The notes below the pieces were generated by a model. The model was not told the DNA's origin. It saw nothing but the letters and a program-made list of their open reading frames with translations, and made no database searches. Source: an uncultured Acidobacteriota bacterium (GTDB lineage Bacteria > Acidobacteriota > Polarisedimenticolia > J045). From it: a stretch of DNA of 64,000 nt. The translations under genes and the position numbers were made by a program. Positions 26,794-36,838 of the stretch are shown here, in pieces. Within the stretch, counting starts at the first letter, position 1. Every line of letters begins with the position of its first letter. Location: contig CAVPCQ010000032.1 in the NCBI GenBank assembly GCA_963702425.1, positions 96,001 to 160,000 on the forward strand, given 5' to 3'.

Positions 26794-28004
26794 ATCTGGA
26801 CTCCTCCCGCAAGCCCTCCGGTAACGAACTGGCCCCTCAGTGATCGATCTCAACGGAGAGACGATCTGACTGCAGTCGTATCTCTGGCTTTTGCCGTACC
26901 GCGGTAGCTCTCTCCGGAACGCCAGACCGCCCACAGGACGCGGGCCAGTTTGTTCGCCAGCGCCGTGGCCGCCTTGTTGTGTCCGCGCCGGGCCTCGACT
27001 CGCAAGACCCAGCGGCGGAGTGTGTCGGGGGACTTCATCGTCTTCGAGCTGAGCAGAACCACTCGGGCCCCGTGGATCAGCAGCATCCGGATGTAGGTGT
27101 CGCCCCGCTTGCTGATCGCGCCGAGGCGCCGGACCTGGCCCGATGACCGCTCCCGGGGGGTCAAGCCGCGGTAGCTCGCAAAGTGCCTGCCCGAGGGGAA
27201 GCGCTCGACATCACCGACGAAGGCGACGAGGGTCGTCCCGCTCAGCAGGCCGACGCCGGGCACGCTCATCAGCCGCCGCACCAGCGCCGATTGCCGCGCG
27301 TGCGCCCGCAGGTCCCGCTCGATCGCCCCGATCCGCTGCTCCAGCTCGTGGATTTCGGCGCACAAGGCGGCCAGGACGTCCCGCAGCGGCAGCGTCAGGG
27401 GCGCGTCGGCGTCGCTGAGCAGTTCCTGAACCCGCGGTACGACCTTCCCCGCGCCGATCGGGATCACGAACCCGAGCTCGCGCAGCACTCCACGCACCGT
27501 GTTGATCCGCGCCGTTCGTGTCGCCATCCACCCCGATCGGATCCGATGGAACGCGGTCAGCGCCTGCTGCTCTTCCGACTTGACCGGCACCGGCTCGATG
27601 TCGTCGTTCCGCAGCGCCTCCAGAATGCCCTTGGCGTCGGTCCGGTCGGTCTTGTTGCGGGTGATGTAGGGCCGGACCGCGTGCGGCGGCAGCAGCAGGA
27701 CCCGGTGCCCGGCGGCCTCGATCCGCCGGCCCCAGTAGTGCGCGCTGCCACACGCCTCCATCGCCACCGTCGCTTGCGCCCGCCCGTGGAAGAATTGCTC
27801 GAACTTCGTCCGGGTTAGCCGGTGTCGTTCGGAGACCCGACCCGGGTGGGCCGACACCGCGACTTCGAAGACCGACTTGGCCACGTCCACGGCGATCGTT
27901 GCGTTACAATCCACGGCGGACTCCTCCTTGGGCGGTACACCCAGTGCACGATGACTTTGGCACGATCGATGCCGCGTTCGGTCATCGGGAGGAGTCCATT
28001 GCGT
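26794..28004 (-). mobile_element. IS110 family, IS1111-type element
   Basis: Perfect 12-bp subterminal IRs TGGACTCCTCCC (26797-26808) and GGGAGGAGTCCA (27987-27998) around a DEDD transposase; exact ends +/-3 nt. Confidence 0.85.
26850..27914 (-). CDS. IS110 family transposase
   Basis: IAVDVAK, MEACG, KTDRTDA, GLTP.E.SSG, AATALANKLAR; GTG start after GGAGGAG. Confidence 0.93.
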   Translation of the reverse strand: MDCNATIAVDVAKSVFEVAVSAHPGRVSERHRLTRTKFEQFFHGRAQATVAMEACGSAHYWGRRIEAAGHRVLLLPPHAVRPYITRNKTDRTDAKGILEALRNDDIEPVPVKSEEQQALTAFHRIRSGWMATRTARINTVRGVLRELGFVIPIGAGKVVPRVQELLSDADAPLTLPLRDVLAALCAEIHELEQRIGAIERDLRAHARQSALVRRLMSVPGVGLLSGTTLVAFVGDVERFPSGRHFASYRGLTPRERSSGQVRRLGAISKRGDTYIRMLLIHGARVVLLSSKTMKSPDTLRRWVLRVEARRGHNKAATALANKLARVLWAVWRSGESYRGTAKARDTTAVRSSLR

Positions 28005-28081
28005 CATAGCAGCTGTCGGGCGGCCCGGAGGCTTGCGCGAGCAGAATGAACGTGGGGCCGCTCGCAGCTGAACGCAACTTA

Positions 28082-29371
28082 GGGTTCGTAACGAAATAAC
28101 TTGACTAGACATCCATTCTGTTCGACCATGGCGGCATGGGAGCCGAGCAGGGGATTCGAGCGAAGTACCGCGCGCTGCTGCCGGCAATGGACGAGCGTCA
28201 CCGGCGTCTGTGGGCCGGTACGGAGGCTAGGGCTCTGGGGCGGGGGGGCATTGCGGTGGTCGCCCGCGCGACCGGCCTGGCGCGCAATACGGTCGTTCGC
28301 GGGCTCGCGGAATTGGCGCAGAAGAAACCGCTGTCTCCCGATCGGGTGCGACGTCCGGGAGCGGGGCGGAAGCGGACGACCTTGCTGGCCCCGGGACTGG
28401 CCACGGCCTTGGAAGAACTGGTGGAGCCCGTGACGCGCGGGGATCCGGAATCGCCGTTGCGCTGGACCAGCAAGAGTACGCGACACCTGGCCGAGGAACT
28501 GAAGGCCCAGGGCTACGAGGTCAGCCATGCGTTGGTGGCCGGACTGCTGCACGACCTGGAATACAGCCTGCAGGCAAACCGGAAGACGCTGGAGGGAACC
28601 GCTCATCCGGATCGGAATGCGCAGTTCGAGCACATCAATGAGCGTGTCAAGAGCCAGTTGAAGCAGGGCCAGCCGGCGGTTTCAGTGGACACCAAGAAGA
28701 AGGAACTGGTCGGGCGGTTCAAGAACGCAGGGCAGGCGTGGCGGCCGCAGGGGAAGCCGGAGAGAGTGAAGGTCCATGACTTCTTGGAACCCGAGAACGG
28801 CAAGGCGATCCCCTATGGCGTGTACGATCTTGGTCGCAACCTCGGCTGGGTCAGCGTGGGGGTGAACCACGACACGGCCGCCTTCGCCGTGGCCACGATC
28901 CGGCGCTGGTGGCGCGAACTGGGACGTCAGCACTACCCTCGCGCCACGTCGCTCCTCATCACCGTTGACAGTGGCGGGAGCAACGGTTCCCGACTCCGCC
29001 TCTGGAAATGGGAGCTCCAGAAACTCGCCCGGCAGACGGGACTGGTCATTTCGGTCTGTCATCTCCCGCCGGGGACCAGCAAGTGGAACAAGATCGAGCA
29101 TCGTCTGTTCTCGTTCATCTCGCAGAACTGGCGCGGCCAGCCGCTGTTGACGCATGCCGCCATCGTGAGCCTCATCGCGGCCACGCGAACCCAGGCGGGC
29201 CTCAAGGTCCGTTGCGTTCTCGACACTCGCGAGTATTCCAAGGGGCTGAGGCCTACCGACGAACAGATGGCCGCCATCAACCTGAAACCGGATCCATTCC
29301 ACGGGGACTGGAACTACACCATCCTCCCTCGCGGGAAATCACAACTAGTCACCTAATTTCGTTACAAGCCC
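28082..29371 (+). mobile_element. ISAzo13 family element with 3-bp TTA target duplication
   Basis: Imperfect ~27-bp terminal IRs (GGGTTCGTAACGAAATAACTTGACTAG vs GGGCTTGTAACGAAATTAGGTGACTAG); TTA at 28079-28081 and 29372-29374. Confidence 0.88.
28136..29356 (+). CDS. ISAzo13 family transposase
   Basis: GDPESPLRWTSKS, HPDRNAQF, SVDTKKKELVG, PYGVYD, PPGTSKWNKIEHRLFS, FHGDWNYTI. Confidence 0.95.
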   Translation: MGAEQGIRAKYRALLPAMDERHRRLWAGTEARALGRGGIAVVARATGLARNTVVRGLAELAQKKPLSPDRVRRPGAGRKRTTLLAPGLATALEELVEPVTRGDPESPLRWTSKSTRHLAEELKAQGYEVSHALVAGLLHDLEYSLQANRKTLEGTAHPDRNAQFEHINERVKSQLKQGQPAVSVDTKKKELVGRFKNAGQAWRPQGKPERVKVHDFLEPENGKAIPYGVYDLGRNLGWVSVGVNHDTAAFAVATIRRWWRELGRQHYPRATSLLITVDSGGSNGSRLRLWKWELQKLARQTGLVISVCHLPPGTSKWNKIEHRLFSFISQNWRGQPLLTHAAIVSLIAATRTQAGLKVRCVLDTREYSKGLRPTDEQMAAINLKPDPFHGDWNYTILPRGKSQLVT

Positions 29372-29394
29372 TTAGGCGCCCGGAAGGTCACGCC

Positions 29395-30225
29395 ATGCAG
29401 GATCTTGAAGAGAGGGTAGTCGGGCTCCTGATCGGTTTGGCGGCAGGGGACAAGATTGGTGGACCGGTCCGGATGGCCCTCCGAGTTGCCGAGAGTCTCC
29501 GCGATTGTGGCGGCCTCGATGTGTCCGATCTGGGAATGCGCTACCTCGACTGGTGGCGTGAGGGTGCATTCGATACCGGACCTACGGTCGCGCTGGTCCT
29601 GAGGCTGGTCGAATCCGGAGTCCTATTCGAGCAGGCTGTCATTCGAGTCGACGAAAAAGCCGGGGGCATGACGGCTGGCTGTAATCCCGCGCATCGAAAC
29701 GCCCCGTTGGCCATGTGTGCGTCGATCGAGGATTCCGGGCTGGACCGGGCGGCGAATGCAGAGGCGCGACTCACCCACAAACACCCGCTTGCCGGTGACG
29801 TCGCTTCCGCAGTCTCGTGTCTTTGTCGTGCGCTGATTCGCGGCCTGCCGTGGTCAGTTGCTCTCCGCGTAGCCGCTGAGGGCCGGAGTCCAGAGACCCG
29901 CCGCGCTCTCGACATCCCAGCTTTCGAAGGGCTCTCGCGGACCGGTTTCGCTCCAGACGTGTTGGGCGCGGCCATCTATTTCACGAATTCGTCAGCTTCT
30001 TTCTCGACCGCGCTCGCCCGATCGATCGACTTCGCCGGTCCGGCCAACTACTGCCCTGTGCTTGTCGGTAGCATTGGGGGTGCGCGGTGGGGGCGCTCCC
30101 GAATCGACGACAACTCGCTTCACCACCATGAGAACTTGGTGCCACGATTGAATTCAGCAGCGGTCGCTCTCGCGAATGGGTGGCAGGATGTTGAAGCATA
30201 CCAACATGAGAGGTCGGACATCTAG
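29395..30225 (+). CDS. ADP-ribosylglycohydrolase family protein (second gene cassette)
   Basis: GLLIGLAAGD, FDTGPT, TAGCNPAHR, ARLTH, LVGSIGGARWG; lower GC; stop codon lies inside an attC-like R'' box. Confidence 0.8.
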   Translation: MQDLEERVVGLLIGLAAGDKIGGPVRMALRVAESLRDCGGLDVSDLGMRYLDWWREGAFDTGPTVALVLRLVESGVLFEQAVIRVDEKAGGMTAGCNPAHRNAPLAMCASIEDSGLDRAANAEARLTHKHPLAGDVASAVSCLCRALIRGLPWSVALRVAAEGRSPETRRALDIPAFEGLSRTGFAPDVLGAAIYFTNSSASFSTALARSIDFAGPANYCPVLVGSIGGARWGRSRIDDNSLHHHENLVPRLNSAAVALANGWQDVEAYQHERSDI

Positions 30226-30273
30226 CAATGGCATTCAGCTGCCGGCGCTGCGCGCCGCAGGTGATGCCAAGCG
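30220..30273 (+). other. Degenerate/truncated attC site
   Basis: ATCTAGC-AATGG-CATTCAGCTGCCGGCGCTGCGCGCCGCAGGTGATGCCAAGCG hairpin; ends at the G where GTTRRRY should begin. Confidence 0.65.
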
Positions 30274-30279
30274 CCGCCT

Positions 30280-31920
30280 TCACGACGGCGGCCGCAACCG
30301 CAGCGGCGTCACGTAGCGCAGGGGCAGCCTGCGCGCCTTCAGCCAGTCGAGAACCTCTTCCTGCGGCCGCGGCGAGGCGAAGATCCAGAAGCGGTCCTCG
30401 CCGACGTCGGGAACCTCGACGCAGTAGACCAGGATGCCGTCCCTGGCCCACGGCATGACGGGCTGCGGAACCTGCGGCGGCAGGAAGGGCCGCCGGAAGA
30501 AGAAGTCGTTGTAGATGTCCGCGAACATCACCCGACGCGCGACGATGTCCTCCCAGCTCGCGCGGCGCCGGTGATAGAGCACCTGGTCGCGATCGAACGG
30601 CCGGCTGGCAATCTCGGGATCGTTCAGTCCCCAGACGTCGAGATGCCACGCTCCGCTGACGTAGGGAAGCGCACCGGCCCAGCCGATCGCGATCCGGTCT
30701 GCGGGCGAAAGATAGCGCGCCAGCGCACGCCCCTGGCGGAGCATCTCGTCGGCCTGGGCTTTCATGTTGCCGGTCGAAGCGACCGCGCCGAAGCCGCGGA
30801 ACGGGCGCACCAGCGTGGCGGCCTGCGAGGCGACGAGCGCCGCGGCGAGGACCACGGCGAGCGCCGTGCGACGACGCGGGACACGAGCCGCGAGCGCGTC
30901 GATCCCGGCGACGGAGAGCAGGGCCAGTGCCGGGAGCAGCGGCACGAAGAAACGGAACTCCCACGCGTCCCCGCCGACCGCGACGACCCACGCCGTCAGC
31001 GCCAGCGCCTGCGCCGCGAGCGCCGCTGCCAGCGGCCGGCGACGCGCGGTGCCGATCACGCCCACGACCGCCAGGGGAAGCCAGAGCCAGGCGTGGGTCT
31101 GGAGCAGGAACTGGCCGAGATAGCGCGCTCCCTCGTCGAGCTGCAGACCGCCGACCTTGGCGTAGAAGGTGTTCGGGAGCGGGCGCCCGAAGTAGGCGAC
31201 GCGGAAGAGCACGAGCCCCGCCAGCAGCACGGCGTGGCTCGCGCCCGACACCGCGACGACGCGCCACGCGTCGCGCGAGCGTCGGACCGTCGCGAGACCC
31301 AGACCCGCCGCCAGGTGCATCAGCGGCATCTCGGGACGCAGCAGGGTCGCAACGAAGAAGAGCAGCCCACTGACCCAGGGCCGGCGGCCGGTCCCGCTCC
31401 CATCTCCCACCTCGCGGGCCATCCGGATCGTCGCCGCGAGGGCGACGACCGTGGCCGCGGTGGTCTCCATCGCCGAAACGCCCCAGACGACCCACTGGCG
31501 CCCCAGCGCCAGCGACAGCGCCGCGGCGACGGCGAGCCAGGCTGGCAGCCCGAGGTCTCGCTCCCCGGTGCGCGTCACCAGCCACAACCCGGCGAGAGCG
31601 GCGACCAGCCCCGCGAGCTGCGAGACGACGAGGGGGTCGAGTCCCGCGGCGATCGCGCCGGCGTTCATCAGCATCCAGCCGGGCGAAGTGCTCCCCTCCA
31701 CCCGGACCGGTTCGACCGTGTTCCAGACGATCCCGTGCCCGGCCGCGACGTTGGATGCGTAGCGCAGCGTGATGAAGGTGTCGTCGTTGTACCAGCGCCT
31801 CGGCCAGGCGACCGCCACGAGCAGGATGAGCACGGCGACGAGCGCGAACACCGCCGGCAGCCGGCGCCCTCTGGGGGAGGACGCCGAACTCGGCACCGAG
31901 GAGGAGGACGGGGCGCTCAT
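30280..31920 (-). CDS. Multi-TM GT-C-like glycosyltransferase (AftB-like), copy 1
   Basis: DDTFITLRYASN..AGHGIVWN....VEGSTSPGW, METT, LRPE, FR..YFG.PLPNTFYAK, GGD...RFFVP. Confidence 0.78.
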   Translation of the reverse strand: MSAPSSSSVPSSASSPRGRRLPAVFALVAVLILLVAVAWPRRWYNDDTFITLRYASNVAAGHGIVWNTVEPVRVEGSTSPGWMLMNAGAIAAGLDPLVVSQLAGLVAALAGLWLVTRTGERDLGLPAWLAVAAALSLALGRQWVVWGVSAMETTAATVVALAATIRMAREVGDGSGTGRRPWVSGLLFFVATLLRPEMPLMHLAAGLGLATVRRSRDAWRVVAVSGASHAVLLAGLVLFRVAYFGRPLPNTFYAKVGGLQLDEGARYLGQFLLQTHAWLWLPLAVVGVIGTARRRPLAAALAAQALALTAWVVAVGGDAWEFRFFVPLLPALALLSVAGIDALAARVPRRRTALAVVLAAALVASQAATLVRPFRGFGAVASTGNMKAQADEMLRQGRALARYLSPADRIAIGWAGALPYVSGAWHLDVWGLNDPEIASRPFDRDQVLYHRRRASWEDIVARRVMFADIYNDFFFRRPFLPPQVPQPVMPWARDGILVYCVEVPDVGEDRFWIFASPRPQEEVLDWLKARRLPLRYVTPLRLRPPS

Positions 31921-31970
31921 CGCGGATTCGTGACGGAGCGGGCGGGCATTCGGCGACGCACCGGACCGGG

Positions 31971-32318
31971 TCAGGACCCGGACCTCAGCCTGGCCGTATA
32001 GCCCAGCTTCTCGATCGCGGCCGTGATCGTCTCGGGCTTCACCTTGGCCGCGTCGTAGCGCACCACGGCCTTCTTCTCCGTGTGCGAAGCCTCGACGGTC
32101 TCGACTCCATCGATCGCGCCGACGGTGGACTGGATCGCCTGCTCGCAGTGACCGCAGGTCATCCCTTCGACGTCGAACACGGACTCCTTCACAACTGGAC
32201 CCTCCGGGCTCGCGCCGGCGACGCCGGCGGATCGATCCTGGCCGCCGCACCCGGCGGCCACGAGGAGGGCGACGATCAGGCTCGCCACGGCGAAAGTGCG
32301 GACAGGAAAGCTGGACAT
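31971..32318 (-). CDS. Heavy-metal-associated (HMA) domain lipoprotein, copy 1
   Basis: Lipobox-like AAGC; GMTCGHC; AIEKLGY. Confidence 0.85.
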   Translation of the reverse strand: MSSFPVRTFAVASLIVALLVAAGCGGQDRSAGVAGASPEGPVVKESVFDVEGMTCGHCEQAIQSTVGAIDGVETVEASHTEKKAVVRYDAAKVKPETITAAIEKLGYTARLRSGS

Positions 32319-32483
32319 CGAGCACTCCTCGGACGGGAGGCTAGCACCGCGGACCGGCACTGCCCACCGGATCGCCAGGAACAGTGGCCTCCGGTACCGT
32401 CGCGCGGTATAAGCCGAGGTCCGGGCCCCCCTTCCTGAAGTCCGATACCGTCCGCGGTCGGCCCGAACCGCTCGAGGTCACGC

Positions 32484-35400
32484 ATGCCGTCGTCCCGCAT
32501 CCTGCTCGCCACGCTGCTCGGCGTGGCCGTCGCTCCCGCCGCGCTCGCGATCGAATCGCCCACTGCCGGATCGCTCGCCGGGAAGACGGTCCGGCCGCCG
32601 TTCGTGACCGAGCGCACGATCGACGTCGCCGACGCCGAGGCCGGGAGCCCCGGCGCGGCCGGCACGCCGGTCGCGCCCTTCCGCGCGTTCGCGGTTGCGT
32701 CGGGCGGAGCGTGGACGGGGCGGCTGGTGGCGGGCAGCGGCCGCGCGGCGGCCCTGTCCGGCAGCGGACTGCCGCTCGTGCCGGGCGCCGGCAACGGCCT
32801 GGCCGGAGGCGATCCGCGCGACCTCTCGCTGCTCGAGCGGCGGGTGCGCGAGCTGCTCGCGGCCCACCCCGGCCTGCTCGCGCCCGCCTTCGGCGAGCTG
32901 GTCCTCTCGCCCCAGCGTTCGGCGGTGATCGACGACGGTCGGGTCGCGTTCGTCGACTTCGACTGGACGATCGGCGGAGTGCCGGTCGAGGGCGCGGGGG
33001 TGTTCGCACGCCTGAATGCGGGCAACGTGATCCAGCTCGGCACGCGCCTCCTGTCCGGCACGGCCGACGCTCCGGTCGCGCTGCTCGACGCCGCCGACGC
33101 GCGGCGGCGCCTCGGCGACTACGTCCGCGGGGGCGAGTCCGGCGACGGCGACGGGGAACTCGACCGGCAGCACGGCGAGCCGCGCCTGTTCTTCCTGCCG
33201 GTCGAGGAGGGCGCGGGCCTGCGCTACCGGCTCGTCTGGGAGGTCGCCTTCCGCCGCGCCGGCGAGCAGGCGACCTGGACCGGCCGCGTCGACGCCCACG
33301 ACGGCTCGATCGTGCAGTTCTTCGATGCCAACGCCTATGGCGAGGTGACCGGCGGCGTCTACCCGCGGACCGTGGTCGACCCCGAGGCAGTCGTACCGAT
33401 TCCGTTCGTGCAGGTCGACGGCGCGGGCGTGACCAGCGCCGCCGGCCGCTTCCCCTTCAACGGCGCGAAGGTCTCGACCGGCCTCGACGGCCGCTACTTC
33501 TCGACGAGCTGCGAGAACTGCTCGGCGCCGGCCCAGGCCTACGGCGAAACCACGCTCGGCCTGGGCTGGCTGAAGCTCGGCACCGGCGGGACCGACCAAC
33601 TGGCCAACGGGGTCTCGACGCGGGCCGAACGCAACAGCTTCTTCCACCTCAACGAGGCCCGGCTGGTCGCGAAGAAGTGGCTCAACCTGCCCTGGTTCGA
33701 CCAGACGGTGCAGTCCAACGTCAACATCGCCAGCACCTGCAACGCCTACTGGAACGGGACCGTCAACTTCTACCGTTCGGGCGGCGGCTGCAACAACACC
33801 GGCGAGATCGCCGACGTGATGCAGCACGAGTGGGGCCACGGCATCGACCAGAACACGCTGCTGGGCGACTCGGCGACCGGTGAGGGGACCGGTGACCACG
33901 TCGCCTTCCTGATGACGCACGGCTCGGTGATCGGGCCGTACTTCCGCACCAGCGGCGGCGGCGTGCGCGACGTCAACCGGCTGACCTCATCGACCGGACT
34001 GATCACGCGCGGCAACGCCGCCTCCAAGTGCCCCTCGGCCGGCTTCGGCTGCGGCGGACCGCTCGGCCTCGAGTGCCACTGCGAGGGCGAGATCTACGGG
34101 CAGACCGGCTGGGACCTGGCGCAGAGCCTGGTCGCCAAGCACGGCTATCACACCGGCTGGCTGACCTACGAGCGGATCTTCTTCGCTTCGCTGCCGCAGT
34201 CCGGCCCCTACCTGCCCAATCAGGCGAACTCGATCTACGACGCCTACCTCGCGGTGGACGACGACGACGGCAACCTCGCCAACGGCACGCCCAACGCGAA
34301 GCAGATCTACGACGCCTTCAACCTGCACGAGATCGCCGGGACGCAGCGCGCGACAACCGCCGGCTGCGCGCGGCCCGCGGAGCCGACGGTCTCGATCGCC
34401 ACCGGCTGCAACGGCGTCACGCTGAGCTGGCCGGCGGTGAGCGGCGCCACGAAGTATCGCCTGATGAAGACGATGTTCTCGCCCAACCGCGCCTTCCTGC
34501 CGCTGACGGAAGTCACCGGGACGAGCTTCGCCGACGGCGAGGTGCGCCCCGGCACGACCTACTACTACGTCGTCCAGGCGCTCACCGGTTCGGGCTGCGG
34601 CTCGACGATCGAGCAGGTCGTGTCGACGACCGGTCCGGCGCGGCCGGTCGCCGGGATCGTCTCCGTCACGACCGACGACACGCCGCGGGGGAACCGCTCC
34701 GGCACGGTCGACCCGGGCGAAGCGGTGGACATCTTCCTGACGCTGGGGAACGCGGCGCCGACGGCGGGGTCCGGCCTGGTCGGAACGATCGCCTCGAGCG
34801 CCGCCGGCGTGACGATCGACGTCGCGACGCAGCCCTTCGCCGACCTGCCTGGGAACGGGACGACCGTCAACGCGGTCGGCTTCCGGGCCTCGATCGCTTC
34901 GTCGGTCGCCTGCGGCACCTCGCTCCCCTTCACCTTCACCGTCACCGACGGCTCCGGGTGTACCGTGGACACGCAGTACTTCGCGCTGAAGACGGGCGGC
35001 GACGTGCTGCGGCGCTCGGACGGCTTCTCCGCCGACTCGGGCTGGGCCTTCGATCCGGCGACGTCGACCGCGTCGAGCGGTGCCTGGACGCGCGGCACGC
35101 CGGACGCGACGCCGTGGCAATCGGGCTCCGACTCCGACGACGCCGGCGACGGGTGCTGGTTCACGGCGCCGAACTTCAACGGCGATTCGGGAGACGACGT
35201 GGACGGCGGCGAGGTCGTGCTGCTGTCACCGGTCTTCAGCCTGGCCGGGCTCTCCGGCGCCGACCTCGCCTACCAGCGCTGGTGGGCCAGCTCCGCGCCG
35301 GGCGCAGACGCCAACGACTGGTACTGGGTCGAGGTCAGCAACAACGGCGGCTCGACCTGGCAGACGGTCGAGAAGCTCGGCAGCGGCCAGGCGGCCGCAG

Positions 35401-36819
35401 CCTGGGCGCGGGCCCGCTTCGACCTCGACGCGATCCTGCCGCTGACGGCGACCATGCGCCTGCGCGTGCGGGTCTCCGACGGCGTCGCCGCCGCCGGCAC
35501 GGTGGAAGGAGCCTTCGACGACTTCCGCGTCACCGAACCGACCTGCGACGCCACGCCGCCGTGCTTCGTGAAGCCATCGTTCGCAGGCGCCGCGTCGGCG
35601 ACGGCCGGCCCGGACTGCGCGGAGACCTCGCTGGCCTGGTCGGCCGCCGCGAGCGGCTGCTCGAACGCGAGCGTGACCTACAACGTCTACCGCTCGACCG
35701 ACCCGGGCTTCGTCCCGTCCGACGCGACGCGTGTCGCGAGCGGGCTCGCCTCGCTCTCCCTCGTCGATCGCTACCTCGTGCCCGGCACCGGCTACTACTA
35801 CGTCGTCCGGGCGCTCGACTCGCGCTCGGGCGAGGAAGCCAACCTGGTCCGGCGCGCGGCAACCGCGCCGGCGGCACCCGACACCAGGCCGCCAACCTTC
35901 TCCGGGGTCGATGGCGTCGTCGCCGGCGCAGGCTGCGGCGAGGCGCAGCTGGTGTGGGGCGCGGCACGGGAGACCTGCTCCGGCCCGGTCGTCTACGAGG
36001 TCTACCGCTCGACGACCGCGGGCTTCACCCCGGCGCCGGCCAACCTCGTCGGCCGGACCACCGCGACGTCCCTGGTGGACGCCGGCCTCGCGCCGGCGAC
36101 GACCTACTACTACGTGGTCCGCGCTGCGGACCGGCAGGGGAACGCCGACGGGAACGTCAAGCGCCGCTCGGCGCAGGCGACCGTGCTCCCGGAGCTGCTC
36201 TCGTCCGAGACCTTCGAGTCGGGGGCCGCCGGCTGGGCGCGCGCGGGCACCAACGACGCCACGACCGGGCTCTGGGAGCTGGGCGATCCGACCCAGACCG
36301 ACGCGCAACCCGGCACCTGCCCCTCCGGAAGCAACTGCTGGGCCACCGGCCTCAACAACGCGAGCCTCGGCGACAACGACATCGACGGGGGAACGACCAC
36401 GCTGCTCTCCGCGCGCTTCAGCCTGGCGGGCGCGCAGTCGCCGGCGATCCGCTACAAGCGCTACTACTCCAACAACACCGGCGCCACGCCGGGGACCGAC
36501 TCCTGGACGGTCGACCTGTCGACCGACGATGGTGCGAGCTGGTCGCCGATCGAGAACACGAGCGCTCCGACGCGGGGATGGTCTTCTCCCAGGTCGAGTT
36601 CCCGCTCGGTGCGACGGGCCCCACGGCGAACATGCGCGTGCGGTTCGTGGCCTCCGACCTGCTCGACGGGTCGCTGGTCGAGGCGGTCGTCGACGACTTC
36701 GAGCTGGTCGACCTGACGGGCGGCTGCGACGGCTGCCCGGCCCCGCCGACGGTGGGCCGGATCCTCGCGCAGCGCGACGCGTCCGACGTGGTGCTCGACT
36801 GGACGACCGACCCGGTGAG
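32484..36819 (+). pseudogene. Secreted M4/M36-like metalloprotease with FN3 domains, copy 1 (frameshifted and truncated)
   Basis: Matches copy 2 until a 1-nt deletion near 36564 (agcgctccga vs agcgcctccga); cut at the duplication junction. Confidence 0.85.
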
Positions 36820-36838
36820 CGGACGCGCTAGGCCGCCT

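Larger units (their letters stand above)
26782..29377 (+). other. Integron attC-like site interrupted by two IS elements
   Basis: R'' GCCTAAC at 26782; removing both IS gives GCCTAAC-TTCGT-CATAGCAGCTGTCGGGCGGCCC...GGGGCCGCTCGCAGCTGAACGCAAC-TTAGGC, an imperfect inverted repeat. Confidence 0.65.
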
